Part shown: piece after piece, positions 1-9,593 of the stretch
How positions within the stretch are numbered: position 1 is the stretch's first letter
Layout of the letters: each line of letters begins with the position of its first letter
NCBI GenBank assembly: GCA_910589375.1
Contig: CAJUTK010000002.1
Coordinates: 323,188-387,187, forward strand
DNA from: an uncultured Bacilli bacterium
Lineage (GTDB): Bacteria > Bacillota_I > Bacilli_A > RF39 > UBA660
Direction of reading: 5' to 3'
Length of the DNA: 64,000 bases
Notes under the pieces: model-generated
The model's database searches: none
Seen by the model: the letters and a program-made list of their open reading frames with translations, nothing else
What the model was told of the DNA's origin: nothing
Position numbers and translations under genes: made by a program

Positions 1-20
1 CAGAGGATAATAATGCTAGA

Positions 21-350
21 ATGGAATATGTAATTAATTTTGATCAAAAAGGAGAAAAATTACTTTCCTATACGCAGAGTGCTGTTATGGATTATGGGGA
101 TACAAAGACTGATGAAGAACTTGAAAGTGAATATGAAAATTCTAAAGATTCCTGCGATTCTTATAAAGATATGAAGGGTACAAAGTGCGATGTTGCTAAA
201 AATAAAAAAGAAGTTCGCTTTGATTTAAAAGTAACTCTTTCTGAATTAGACGATTCAGCAAAAGAAAAACTATTTATTTCAGAAATAGAAAACAAATCGT
301 ATGATGAGTTCAAAACTTATATGGCAGATTCTGGTTTTACATGCAAATAA
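21..350 (+). CDS. hypothetical charged small protein; the reading frame is open back to the window edge, so it may be 5'-truncated
   Basis: ORF track; no stop codon in frame between position 3 and 21; no recognisable motif. Confidence 0.35.
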   Translation: MEYVINFDQKGEKLLSYTQSAVMDYGDTKTDEELESEYENSKDSCDSYKDMKGTKCDVAKNKKEVRFDLKVTLSELDDSAKEKLFISEIENKSYDEFKTYMADSGFTCK

Positions 351-420
351 AGATAGTAATATCTTTTTTTGTAAACAAAAAGATAACTTTATGATATAAT
401 TTTAATGTGGAGGGAATAAA

Positions 421-1836
421 ATGAATGAAAAAAACAATGAAAAAATTACATCTAGGGATGTAGATTTTGCTAAATGGTATACTGATGTTTGTAGAGTAGC
501 TGATTTAGTAGACTATTCTTCTGTAAAAGGAAGTATGATTATTCGTCCATATGGTTATGCTATATGGGAAAATATTGTATCTATTTTAGACAAGAAGTTT
601 AAAGAGACTGGGCATGTGAATGTACAGATGCCGATGTTTATTCCCGAAAGTTTATTTAATATTGAAAAAGAGCATGTAGAAGGTTTTGCTCCAGAGGTAG
701 CAGTTGTTACTCATGGTGGCAAAGAAGAACTTGCAGATAAAATGATTGTAAGACCTACTAGTGAGGTATTATTTTGTGAACATTTCAAAAAAATTATAAA
801 ATCTTATCGTGACTTACCACTTCTTTATAATCAATGGTGTACAATTGTAAGATGGGAAAAAGAAACAAGACCATTTTTAAGAAGTAGAGAAATATTATGG
901 CAAGAGGGACATACAATGCATGCTACTAAAGAGGAAGCATTACAAGAAACATTACGTATGTTAGAGGTTTATAAGGATGTTCAAGAGAACTATTTAGCAC
1001 TTGCTGTTGTAACTGGAAAGAAAACAGAAAAAGAAAAGTTTGCTGGGGCAGAGGCATCCTATACTATTGAGGCTATGATGTATGATGGAGTAGCACTTCA
1101 AAATGGGACTAGTCATTATTTTGGAAATGGGTTTGCAAAAGCATTCAATATCCAATTTTTAAATAAAGATAATGTATTAGAAACTCCATATCAAACATCA
1201 TGGGGAGTAACTACTCGTATGATAGGATCTTTAATTATGACACACGGAGATGACCATGGTCTAGTTTTACCACCTAAGATAGCTCCTACTAAAGTAGCAA
1301 TTATCCCAATTGGTGATGTAGAGGAAGTAGTTTCTGGTATTACTGAAAGATTAAAAGAAAAAGAAATAACTTTCTTAGTTGATAGAACGGATAAATCTCC
1401 AGGATATAAATTTGCAGAAGCAGAAGTAAAGGGTTACCCAATCCGCTTAGAAATAGGAAAAAGAGATTTAGAAAATAATGAGGTTACTTTAGTTAGAAGA
1501 GATACTTTGGAGAAAATAAAAGTTTCTAAAGAAGAGGCCGTTACTAAGATTGAAGAATTACTTGTAGATATTCAAAATAACTTATTTGAAAGTGCTAAAA
1601 AGAGAAGGGATTCTAAGATTTATGAAGTTTCTACTTATGAGGAATTTTTAAATACTACAAAAGAGAAAACTGGTTTTATCAAGACAAAATGGTGTGGAGA
1701 ACAAGTTTGTGAAGATAAGATAAAAGAAGATACAACTTATAAATCAAGATGTATTATAGGGGATGCACAAGATGGTAACTGTGTATGCTGTGGTAAAAAA
1801 GCGAAGTATGAAATCTATTTTGGAAAACAATATTAG
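421..1836 (+). CDS. proS: proline--tRNA ligase, archaeal/eukaryotic-like type (class II)
   Basis: 471 aa; N-terminus VDFAKWYTDV...IIRPYGYAIWENI and C-terminal zinc-binding CGEQVC...CCG; RBS GGAGGGAATAAA then ATG; TTGTAA-17-TGaTATAAT promoter at about 381-412. Confidence 0.9.
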   Translation: MNEKNNEKITSRDVDFAKWYTDVCRVADLVDYSSVKGSMIIRPYGYAIWENIVSILDKKFKETGHVNVQMPMFIPESLFNIEKEHVEGFAPEVAVVTHGGKEELADKMIVRPTSEVLFCEHFKKIIKSYRDLPLLYNQWCTIVRWEKETRPFLRSREILWQEGHTMHATKEEALQETLRMLEVYKDVQENYLALAVVTGKKTEKEKFAGAEASYTIEAMMYDGVALQNGTSHYFGNGFAKAFNIQFLNKDNVLETPYQTSWGVTTRMIGSLIMTHGDDHGLVLPPKIAPTKVAIIPIGDVEEVVSGITERLKEKEITFLVDRTDKSPGYKFAEAEVKGYPIRLEIGKRDLENNEVTLVRRDTLEKIKVSKEEAVTKIEELLVDIQNNLFESAKKRRDSKIYEVSTYEEFLNTTKEKTGFIKTKWCGEQVCEDKIKEDTTYKSRCIIGDAQDGNCVCCGKKAKYEIYFGKQY

Positions 1837-1844
1837 GAGGATAT

Positions 1845-2390
1845 ATGATAGAAGAGATTTTAGAAAATACGGAAATAGAAATGGTTAGTGCCATTGAGAA
1901 CATGGAGAAGAGATTTTTAAATATTCGTGCAGGGCGTGCTAATCCTGCAATGCTAGATGGTGTTATGGTTTCTTATTACGGGGTAGATACACCTTTAAAG
2001 CAATTAGCGACTATTTCTATACCTGAAGCAAGACAGCTAGCTATAAAGCCCTTTGATCGTAGTTCTATAAGCGCTATTGAAAAGGGAATTTATGAAGCAA
2101 ATATTGGAATTACACCAAATAATAATGGAGAAGTAATTATTCTAAATATTCCAGCACTTACAGAGGATACTAGAAGAGAATATGTAAAACAGGCAAAGGG
2201 GTATGCTGAAGATTGCCGTATTGTACTCAGAAATATTAGACAAGATGCGAATAAAGCAATTGGTAAATTAGAAGTACCAGAAGATGATATCAAATCTGGT
2301 GAAGAAGCTGTTCAAGAATTAATCAATAAATATAATAAAGAAGTAGATGAAAAATTTAAAGTAAAAGAAACTGAATTGATGAGTGTTTAG
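1845..2390 (+). CDS. frr: ribosome recycling factor
   Basis: 181 aa with the classic RRF sequence (RFLNIRAGRANPAMLDGVMVSYYG...); RBS AGGAGG 8 nt upstream. Confidence 0.9.
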   Translation: MIEEILENTEIEMVSAIENMEKRFLNIRAGRANPAMLDGVMVSYYGVDTPLKQLATISIPEARQLAIKPFDRSSISAIEKGIYEANIGITPNNNGEVIILNIPALTEDTRREYVKQAKGYAEDCRIVLRNIRQDANKAIGKLEVPEDDIKSGEEAVQELINKYNKEVDEKFKVKETELMSV

Positions 2391-2453
2391 ATTGTAGAAA
2401 TTTGACTTTTTTAGTGTAATATGCTATTTTATACCGCAGAAGGGGGATTTTCT

Positions 2454-2639
2454 ATGGAAGAAAGTAAGTATTATACTGATCCAAATGGTAATGTATGGGT
2501 TAGTGAAGAAGACTATAAAGCATATGCAGCTAGGGTAGAAACTAGTTATGTTGCACCAGATGCTACAGTGTGGGCTAGTAAAGCAGATTACGATGCTTAT
2601 GGTGCTCAAACACAAGAAGAGACTGCTAAGAGTCGCTAA
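2454..2639 (+). CDS. small protein with two copies of the DG-x-x-W-x-S-x-x-x-Y-x-A-Y repeat; the internal ATG at 2454 is the preferred start (RBS AAGGGGGA); the track ORF begins at 2421
   Basis: YTDPNGNVWVSEEDYKAYAAR and YVAPDATVWASKADYDAYGAQ; the same repeat occurs in the ORFs at 48828, 50853 and 52202; intrinsic terminator follows at about 2642-2672. Confidence 0.55.
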   Translation: MEESKYYTDPNGNVWVSEEDYKAYAARVETSYVAPDATVWASKADYDAYGAQTQEETAKSR

Positions 2640-2641
2640 TA

Positions 2642-2672
2642 AAAAAGGAATTTTGACTAATTCCTTTTTTTA
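2642..2672 (+). terminator. rho-independent terminator
   Basis: AAAGGAATT-ttgact-AATTCCTTT stem-loop followed by a T-run. Confidence 0.7.
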
Positions 2673-2708
2673 TGTTAGTATATCCTGAGAAAAAAAGGGG
2701 GAAAAAGG

Positions 2709-3779
2709 ATGGAAAAAGGGTTGAAATTTTTTCAAAATAGCTTCTTAGATGGAAAAAAGAAAATGGGAAGAAGAGTGACAACTTCTAAGTGTCTTACAAT
2801 GGGAGATTGCGTATTTTTATCTTCATCAAGTCTTAATTCCTCTAATGAACCTATAGAAATATTGTTTTTTATAGGGGAGGAAGCTAGATTTTTAGGAAAA
2901 AGAGTAACAATTGAATCTGTAAGTGTTGATGAAAACTTTAATGTTATTTATAGAGTAGCATATGATAGCGGTTGTAGAACCTCTGTAGATCAAAAACTTT
3001 TAGAAAGCGAGTTTGTTTTTCAAACTAGAATGGATTTAGAAAGAAGAACAACAATGATTTCTGCTCAACTAGGATTAAATGCACCTAGAAAAGTAGAATC
3101 ATCTCCGCTTGTAAAAAAAGAAGATTTAGTTTCACCAAGAGAAATTGCTTTCCCTTTACCTGCTTCTTTAGAACCTATAAAAAAACAGGAGAAGCAAGTA
3201 GATATTCAGATAGATGAAATTTTAAATTATTTACAAATGCCGTGTACTAGTAATGATTTTCAACAAGTTTACGAGGTTTTTAAAGTATATAAATTTCTTG
3301 TTCAAAATGGAAAGTATGATAAGGCCATTTTAAAAGATTATTTATCATCACCTCCTCCAGAGGTAGAAGTAGATGAGTCAAAATTATCAGAAGAAAGAAA
3401 GGTAGCTTTCGTTTTGCAACATTTACTTTCTAAAGTGGGTGTTAAAACTAAGATTGTTATATCACAAAATAAGAAGACAGGGTTACTACACGATGCTGTT
3501 TTAGTTAATTTATCTAAAAATTGGTATTTCTTTGATGTTGAACATGAAAGAGAATTTAATAGTAATTTGCTATTAGGAAGTTTTTCAATGGCTGCTTTAG
3601 GATTAGAAGAGTATACAAAGTATTATGAAGTGATGGGTGTTTTTTCAGAAATAGGAAGTAATCAGTTATATTCTCTTCCAATTAGTGTATCTAAAATTGG
3701 TATTTATTCTATGATAAAGAAGGGTATTGATAGACAATTATCTGATCTTACTTATTCTAAAGGAGAAAAAAAGATATAA
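2709..3779 (+). CDS. hypothetical protein; the C-terminal region (AFVLQHLLSKVGVKTKIV...LLHDAVLVNLSKNWYFFDVEHE) loosely resembles a transglutaminase-like core but lacks the catalytic Cys
   Basis: 356-aa ORF with RBS AAAGGGGGAAAAAGG. Confidence 0.5.
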   Translation: MEKGLKFFQNSFLDGKKKMGRRVTTSKCLTMGDCVFLSSSSLNSSNEPIEILFFIGEEARFLGKRVTIESVSVDENFNVIYRVAYDSGCRTSVDQKLLESEFVFQTRMDLERRTTMISAQLGLNAPRKVESSPLVKKEDLVSPREIAFPLPASLEPIKKQEKQVDIQIDEILNYLQMPCTSNDFQQVYEVFKVYKFLVQNGKYDKAILKDYLSSPPPEVEVDESKLSEERKVAFVLQHLLSKVGVKTKIVISQNKKTGLLHDAVLVNLSKNWYFFDVEHEREFNSNLLLGSFSMAALGLEEYTKYYEVMGVFSEIGSNQLYSLPISVSKIGIYSMIKKGIDRQLSDLTYSKGEKKI

Positions 3780-3788
3780 GAGGTATTT

Positions 3789-4194
3789 ATGAAAAGACTA
3801 GAAAAATATGAAATATTACAAACGGTTTTTTTATAGGGGAATGAGGGTCTTAGAATACATATCTATGTATCCAAAAATGGATGAATTAGATAAAGAAGCA
3901 ATTAAGTCTACTATTATGAGTGCCTTAGTGTATAAAAAAATGTATTGACCCTACTAGAGAGTTTTTAGATTTAGAGAATTCTAGAATTGTAACAAGAGGG
4001 GGATATAAATATCAAGAATATCCTTTTGTTACAGGGTACCCTTTATGGTTAAAAGAAGAAATGAGAAAGGGAATTATTAGACAATCAGGTTATGTGCCAA
4101 TTTCTGTTTATGCTGCTAGACCTCCAGGAAGAGCAAATTATTCTATCTATGATGCCAATACAGTACTAAGTGTCTTTTTCGATGAATTTTTATA
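3789..4194 (+). pseudogene. decayed gene: three short ORF fragments in three different frames, probably the remains of one ancestral gene that may continue into the 4258-4644 ORF
   Basis: MKRLEKYEILQTVFL* (frame 0), MRVLEYISMYPKMDELDKEAIKSTIMSALVYKKMY* (frame 1), ...RGGYKYQEYPFVTGYPLWLKEEMRKGIIRQSGYVPISVYAARPPGRANYSIYDANTVLSVFFDEFL* (frame 2); about 480 nt with coding-like composition but no ORF long enough to reach the track. Confidence 0.4.
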
Positions 4195-4257
4195 GAAGCA
4201 GATTATGATTCTCCGACAAGACATGGAGTTAGAGTAGAAAAAAGACCATTCTTAGAA

Positions 4258-4644
4258 GTGAAAATGGGAGAAAAAGTTTATCTAGTAGATACACTAACAA
4301 AACGTTTCTTTGAAAAAGAGGAATTTACTAGAAGATATCATTTGACAATATCTTGGATGGCTAATAATAAAGAATTTACACCAAATCAGCAAGAAATCTA
4401 TAAAGAGCAAACTGAGGAAAGAACGAAAGAATATGGAACATTCCTAGCTTTTGTTATTCCTATAATGGATTCTTTTAACTCATATCCTAAATTTCAAGAG
4501 TATATGTATGAATATGAAGAAAGCAAAAGAACTTTTCCCAGTGCTTTTGAAGATGCAAATAAACTGATGAAGGAATGTGAATCTTTTGTACCAATAGGGT
4601 TACCAAAGCAATATGTAAAAGAGAATAAGTCAGAAACAAATTAG
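4258..4644 (+). CDS. hypothetical protein, possibly the C-terminal remnant of the decayed gene upstream
   Basis: 128-aa ORF followed by a terminator (stem AAGAATT/AATTCTT plus T8) at about 4656-4682. Confidence 0.4.
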   Translation: MKMGEKVYLVDTLTKRFFEKEEFTRRYHLTISWMANNKEFTPNQQEIYKEQTEERTKEYGTFLAFVIPIMDSFNSYPKFQEYMYEYEESKRTFPSAFEDANKLMKECESFVPIGLPKQYVKENKSETN

Positions 4645-4655
4645 AGTATATAAAG

Positions 4656-4682
4656 AAGAATTTGAAAGAATTCTTTTTTTTC
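4656..4682 (+). terminator. rho-independent terminator
   Basis: AAGAATT-tgaaag-AATTCTT followed by T8. Confidence 0.7.
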
Positions 4683-4727
4683 GATTTCTCTTTTTTTTCT
4701 CTTTTATATTTGATATAATGAATAAAG

Positions 4728-5888
4728 GTGAGAAATGTGTTTAAAGATGATAAAAAACAAGTAAATTATCGTTCTGTGAACGAAGTACTAGATGTTACAA
4801 AGAAAATTTTAAAAGTATTACTAATTTTACTCATTATTCTAATATCATGGGTAGGATTAAGAATCATGGCAGAATTACATGTTTGGAATATTGTAATGAC
4901 TATTATTGGTATTTTAAGCCCGTTATTTCTAGGAATTGTTGTCGCCTGGTTATTTAATCCTTTTGTAAAATGGTTAAAAAAGTATAAGATAAAACGTTTA
5001 CCAGGAGTTATTATTTCTTATGTACTATTACTGGGTGTTTTAGCTCTTTTAGTAGGAACTATTATTCCTATATTATATGACCAGATTATAGATTTTGTAG
5101 AAACTTTACCAGGTTTATTTAGTACGATAGAAGAATGGTTAAATGGGGCATTCAGCAAAATAGAGTCTATAGAAGCTTTTGATATTGAAACCATGAAACA
5201 AAATATATTTACACAAGTAGAAAATTTAGGGACAGGATTAGTAGAGTCTTTACCAGGATATATCTTAAATGTTGGAAAAACTCTTGTTTCTGGTCTTAGT
5301 ACATTCTTAGTAGGATTAGTAATTGGTTTCTTCTTACTATTAAGCTTTGACAATATTGAAGAAACTTTTATTTATATATTCCCTAAAAAATGGAGAAAAG
5401 ATGCCAATGAATTATTCGGAGAAATTAATGATTGTTTAAAAAATTATGTTCGTGGAGTAGCATTAGATGCTCTTGTAATCTTTATTATTTGTGGAGTAGT
5501 ATTTAGTATCATAGGATTAAAAGCTCCTTTGTTATTTGCTATTTTTTGCGCAATTACTAATGTAATCCCTTATATTGGACCTTATATTGGGGCAGTTCCT
5601 GCGTTAATAGTTGGTTTTTCAATTAGCCCAACAGTAGGACTTTTAACAGGAGCTTCTATTATCGTTATTCAATTCTTTGAAGGAAACTTTTTACAACAAT
5701 ATATTATGAGTAAAACGACAAAGTTACATCCTGTTACTATTATTATGGGACTACTTGTTTTCCAACATTTCTGGGGAGTTATTGGAATGGCGTTATCTGC
5801 ACCTATTATAGGAATTTTAAAGATTATATTTAATTTTATAGATAGAAAATGGAAATTATTAGATTATGTAGATGAGGTGGAGGATTAA
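4728..5888 (+). CDS. AI-2E family transporter (PerM/YdiK-like, UPF0118)
   Basis: multi-pass membrane protein with the characteristic NVIPYIGPYIGAVPALIVGF segment; start is GTG at 4728 or GTG at 4737 (RBS AAAGGTGAG); extended -10 TGaTATAAT upstream. Confidence 0.75.
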   Translation: MRNVFKDDKKQVNYRSVNEVLDVTKKILKVLLILLIILISWVGLRIMAELHVWNIVMTIIGILSPLFLGIVVAWLFNPFVKWLKKYKIKRLPGVIISYVLLLGVLALLVGTIIPILYDQIIDFVETLPGLFSTIEEWLNGAFSKIESIEAFDIETMKQNIFTQVENLGTGLVESLPGYILNVGKTLVSGLSTFLVGLVIGFFLLLSFDNIEETFIYIFPKKWRKDANELFGEINDCLKNYVRGVALDALVIFIICGVVFSIIGLKAPLLFAIFCAITNVIPYIGPYIGAVPALIVGFSISPTVGLLTGASIIVIQFFEGNFLQQYIMSKTTKLHPVTIIMGLLVFQHFWGVIGMALSAPIIGILKIIFNFIDRKWKLLDYVDEVED

Positions 5889-5889
5889 T

Positions 5890-6432
5890 ATGAAGAAAAT
5901 TGTAGCAATTGTAGGCATGTGTGGAAGCGGTAAATCTATCGCTTCTGATTTATTAGAGAGCATGGGTTGGAAGAAAGTTTATTTTGGTGGCGTTACAATG
6001 GAAAAATTAAAAGAGGCTAACTTAGAAGTAACTCCAGAAAATGAAAAGATGATGAGGGAAGGACTACGTAGAGATTTAGGAATGGGAGCTTATGCTAAGA
6101 TTTTACTTCCTCGTATTTTAGAATATGCAGAAGAAGAAAATACAGTATTAGACGGTTTGTATTCTTGGGATGAATTAAAAATACTACAAGAAGAATTAAA
6201 GGGTAAGCTAAAAGTTATCGCTATTGTAGCAGACAGAGATTTACGTTATGAAAGATTATCACAACGTGCTATTAGACCCTTTACTCCTGAACAGGCTGAA
6301 GCAAGAGATATAGCAGAAATAGAAAATTCTGCTAAAGGCGGACCTATTGCGATGGCTGATTATTATATTGATAATAATCATGATTTAGAAAGTTATAAAG
6401 AGAGACTTCTTTCCATTATAGAAAGCATATAG
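5890..6432 (+). CDS. P-loop nucleotide/nucleoside kinase family protein (dephospho-CoA kinase-like / AAA)
   Basis: Walker A motif GMCGSGKS at the N-terminus; the preferred start MKKIVAIVG at 5890 follows RBS GAGGTGGAGG (the track ORF starts at 5872). Confidence 0.5.
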   Translation: MKKIVAIVGMCGSGKSIASDLLESMGWKKVYFGGVTMEKLKEANLEVTPENEKMMREGLRRDLGMGAYAKILLPRILEYAEEENTVLDGLYSWDELKILQEELKGKLKVIAIVADRDLRYERLSQRAIRPFTPEQAEARDIAEIENSAKGGPIAMADYYIDNNHDLESYKERLLSIIESI

Positions 6433-6441
6433 AGGTGACAT

Positions 6442-8190
6442 ATGAACTTAAAAGATTTATACATAGAATTTTTTGTACGTCATAATCATAAACAGATACC
6501 AAGTGCGCCTGTAGTTCCAGAGAATGACCCTAGCGTTTTGTTTAATACAGCAGGAATGCAACCATTAATTCCTTATTTAATGGGGCAACCTCATCCATAT
6601 GGAACAAGATTGTGTGACTATCAAAAATGTATTCGTACAAATGATTTAGATTCTGTTGGAGATACTACACACCATACATTTTTTGAGATGTTAGGAAATT
6701 GGAGTTTAGGCGATTATTTTAAGGAAGAAAGTATTGAGTGGAGTTATGAATTTTTAACACAAGATTTAAAAATACCTGCTGATAGATTGGCAGTTACCGT
6801 TTTTGCTGGAAATGATATTATTCCATTTGATTCTGTGAGCCATGATAAATGGCTAAGCTTAGGAATTCCAGAAGAGAGAATTGCTCGTACTGTGGAAGAT
6901 AATTTTTGGATAGCAGGAGAATCTGGACCATGCGGACCTGATACAGAGATTTTCTATTTTAGAAGTGAAGAGGAAATACCAACTAGCTTTGACCCAGAAG
7001 ATAGTCGTTGGGTAGAAATTTGGAACAATGTATTTATGCAATATCATAAGGATTCAGAAGGAAAAGTAACAGAGCTTCCAAATAAAAATGTAGATACTGG
7101 AATGGGTGTAGAACGCACTACAGCGATTTTAGAAGGTGTAAATGATAATTATGAATCTAGTATTTGGAAAGATATTATTGAAATGATATCTACTATTTCT
7201 GGATTGCCTTATAATGATGAAAATAAAAAGAGTATGCGTATTATTGCAGATCATATGAGAACCGCTGTATTTATTAGTGCAGATCCAGCTGGTATTAAAC
7301 CAAGCAATACAGATCAAGGCTATATTCTAAGAAGATTAATTAGAAGAGCTATTCGCCACGCTAAAAACTTAAATATGGATATCAATAGTGATTGGGAGAG
7401 AAAGATAGCAATCTTAATACTAGATAAATATAAAACATATTATAAGGAATTAGAAGATAATTATCAGTTAGTATTAGATGTTTTAAAAACGGAAAAAGAG
7501 AAATTTAATAGAACGTTAGAAAAAGGATTAAGAGAGTTTGAAAAAGCGACTAGAAATAAAAATAATATAGATGATATCACTGCATTTCATTTATATGATA
7601 CTTATGGATTTCCAATCGAGCTTACTGTAGAACTTGCCAAAGAACGTGGTATTACTGTAGATGAAGAAGGATTCGAAAGAAAATTTAAAGAGCACCAAGA
7701 ATTATCTCGCACTGCTTCTGCTGGAAAATTTAAAGGTGGATTAGCAGGTGATGGTGAGACTGAAACGAAATATCATACAGCAACTCACTTATTAAATGCA
7801 GCACTTAAAATAGTAGTTGGTCCTGATGTACATCAAAAAGGAAGTAATATAACTTCTGAGAGAATGAGATTTGACTTTAGCTGTGACCATAAACTAACAG
7901 ATGACGAAAAGTTTAAAACAGAAGAATTAGTAAACAAATGGATTCAAGAAGGATTAGAAGTTTCTGTAGAAGAAATGAAAAAAGAAGAAGCAATTGCTTC
8001 TGGTGCAGAATGCATGTTTATTGAAAAATATCCTGATATTGTAACTGTTTATACAATAGGAGATAATGTATCTAAAGAGTTATGCGGTGGTCCTCATGTT
8101 TCTAATACAAGAGAATTAGGTCATTTTAAGATAGCAAAAGAAGAAGCTAGTAGTGCTGGAGTAAGACGTATTAAGGCTATACTAGAATAG
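6442..8190 (+). CDS. alaS: alanine--tRNA ligase, compact form (582 aa) with catalytic, tRNA-recognition and editing domains but no C-terminal C-Ala domain
   Basis: N-terminal motifs FFVRHNHKQIPSAPVVP...NDPSVLFNTAGMQP and GMGVERT; editing-site motifs HTATHLLNAALK and CGGPHVSNTRELGHFKI...GVRRIKAILE; the ORF stops straight after the editing domain. Confidence 0.85.
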   Translation: MNLKDLYIEFFVRHNHKQIPSAPVVPENDPSVLFNTAGMQPLIPYLMGQPHPYGTRLCDYQKCIRTNDLDSVGDTTHHTFFEMLGNWSLGDYFKEESIEWSYEFLTQDLKIPADRLAVTVFAGNDIIPFDSVSHDKWLSLGIPEERIARTVEDNFWIAGESGPCGPDTEIFYFRSEEEIPTSFDPEDSRWVEIWNNVFMQYHKDSEGKVTELPNKNVDTGMGVERTTAILEGVNDNYESSIWKDIIEMISTISGLPYNDENKKSMRIIADHMRTAVFISADPAGIKPSNTDQGYILRRLIRRAIRHAKNLNMDINSDWERKIAILILDKYKTYYKELEDNYQLVLDVLKTEKEKFNRTLEKGLREFEKATRNKNNIDDITAFHLYDTYGFPIELTVELAKERGITVDEEGFERKFKEHQELSRTASAGKFKGGLAGDGETETKYHTATHLLNAALKIVVGPDVHQKGSNITSERMRFDFSCDHKLTDDEKFKTEELVNKWIQEGLEVSVEEMKKEEAIASGAECMFIEKYPDIVTVYTIGDNVSKELCGGPHVSNTRELGHFKIAKEEASSAGVRRIKAILE

Positions 8191-8198
8191 GAGAGTTT

Positions 8199-8945
8199 AT
8201 GCAAGAGAAAACATTAAGATCTATTTTAATGGTTGTTATTTTTTTAGTAGCCTTGGTTGGTATTTCAGTAACTTTGAATGATAGAAAAGAAAACAAGCCA
8301 TCTAATACAAATTCTAATTTAGAGGATGGGCGTAAATTTAAAGAGGAATATGAAGCATACAACAATAAAGAAAGAGAAGATGACAAAGGAAATTATTTTC
8401 AAAAATTAGATATTCCTGAAAATAATCCTATAAAATATGCAAGTATCGCGGAAGCAGTAGAACTTTTAAATAAAGGTACAGGTGTTATTTATTTTGGATA
8501 TCCAACTTGTCCTTGGTGCCGAAATGCTGTTCCAGTATTATTAGAAGCTGCCAAGGAAAAGAAAATGAACAGAATATATTATTTAAATGTCAATGAGTAC
8601 AAAAATACTTTCATGGTAAATGATGGAAAAGTAGAGAAAGTGAAAGAAGAAAAAGATGGGTACTATGATTTATTAAAGGCACTAGATAGTGTATTAGACC
8701 CATATGTACTAACTTCAGATGGTAAAACGTATGAGGTGGGAGAAAAAAGAATCTATGTTCCTTTCGTAGTATTTGTAAAAGATGGAAAAATTGTTAGTAC
8801 TCATCTAGGCACAGTTAATTTAGAAGGTACTCAAACAAAGTATGATGTTTTAACGAAAAAACAGCATGATGAATTACTAGATACTTATTTATCAGCAATT
8901 GAAGATATCCAATCAAATAGTTATTGTGATGAGGATTGTGAATGA
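8199..8945 (+). CDS. membrane-anchored thioredoxin-fold protein with a CPWC active-site motif
   Basis: N-terminal TM helix; YFGYPTCPWCRNAVPVL. Confidence 0.55.
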   Translation: MQEKTLRSILMVVIFLVALVGISVTLNDRKENKPSNTNSNLEDGRKFKEEYEAYNNKEREDDKGNYFQKLDIPENNPIKYASIAEAVELLNKGTGVIYFGYPTCPWCRNAVPVLLEAAKEKKMNRIYYLNVNEYKNTFMVNDGKVEKVKEEKDGYYDLLKALDSVLDPYVLTSDGKTYEVGEKRIYVPFVVFVKDGKIVSTHLGTVNLEGTQTKYDVLTKKQHDELLDTYLSAIEDIQSNSYCDEDCE

Positions 8946-9565
8946 ATTTTCAAATAAAATGCGAAGAAATGCTTGAAAAAATTCATGAAAGAAGAGATAC
9001 ACCATCTCTTCTTCTTCATGCTTGTTGTGGCCCTTGTAGTAGTTATGTGTTAGAATATTTAAGTAAATATTTCAACATTACAATTCTTTATTATAATCCT
9101 AATATTTATCCAGAGGAAGAGTATAGAAGAAGATTAGAAGAATTAAAAAAGTTTTTAAAGGATTGCTCTTTTGAAAATACTGTTTCTTTAGTTGAGACAA
9201 GATATTTACCAGAAGAATATTATCAGGCAGTAGATGAATTTAAGCAATTAGGAGAAAGGAGCTTACGGTGTTATCACTGTTATCAACTCCGAATGGAAGA
9301 GGCGTGTCAATATGCTTCTAAGCATCATATAGAATTTTTTACTACAACTCTTTCTATTAGTCCTTATAAAAATAGTGAATGGATTAATGAAATTGGTGAA
9401 AAGTTAGAACAAAAATATGGAGTGTCTTATTTATATGCTGATTTTAAAAAGAAAAACGGATATAAGCGTTCTTTAGAATTATCTAGAGGGTATAATCTTT
9501 ATAGGCAAGATTATTGTGGTTGTGTGTTTTCAAAAGAAGAGAGAATGTCAGTTATTAAAAAATAA
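8942..9565 (+). CDS. queH: epoxyqueuosine reductase QueH (DUF208)
   Basis: LLLHACCGPCSSY, CYHCYQLRMEEA and DYCGCVFSKEE cysteine motifs; the start overlaps the upstream gene by 4 nt. Confidence 0.8.
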   Translation: MNFQIKCEEMLEKIHERRDTPSLLLHACCGPCSSYVLEYLSKYFNITILYYNPNIYPEEEYRRRLEELKKFLKDCSFENTVSLVETRYLPEEYYQAVDEFKQLGERSLRCYHCYQLRMEEACQYASKHHIEFFTTTLSISPYKNSEWINEIGEKLEQKYGVSYLYADFKKKNGYKRSLELSRGYNLYRQDYCGCVFSKEERMSVIKK

Positions 9566-9593
9566 AAAAATTGGATTTTGTCCAATTTTTTTA
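9566..9593. terminator. bidirectional intrinsic terminator between convergent genes
   Basis: AATTGGA-ttttg-TCCAATT flanked by an A-run and a T-run. Confidence 0.7.

Noticed and set aside
351-420. Possible T-box leader upstream of proS
   Set aside because: The intergenic region is only about 70 nt. It holds a weak hairpin and a TTGTAA-17-TGaTATAAT promoter, with no room for Stem I or the antiterminator.
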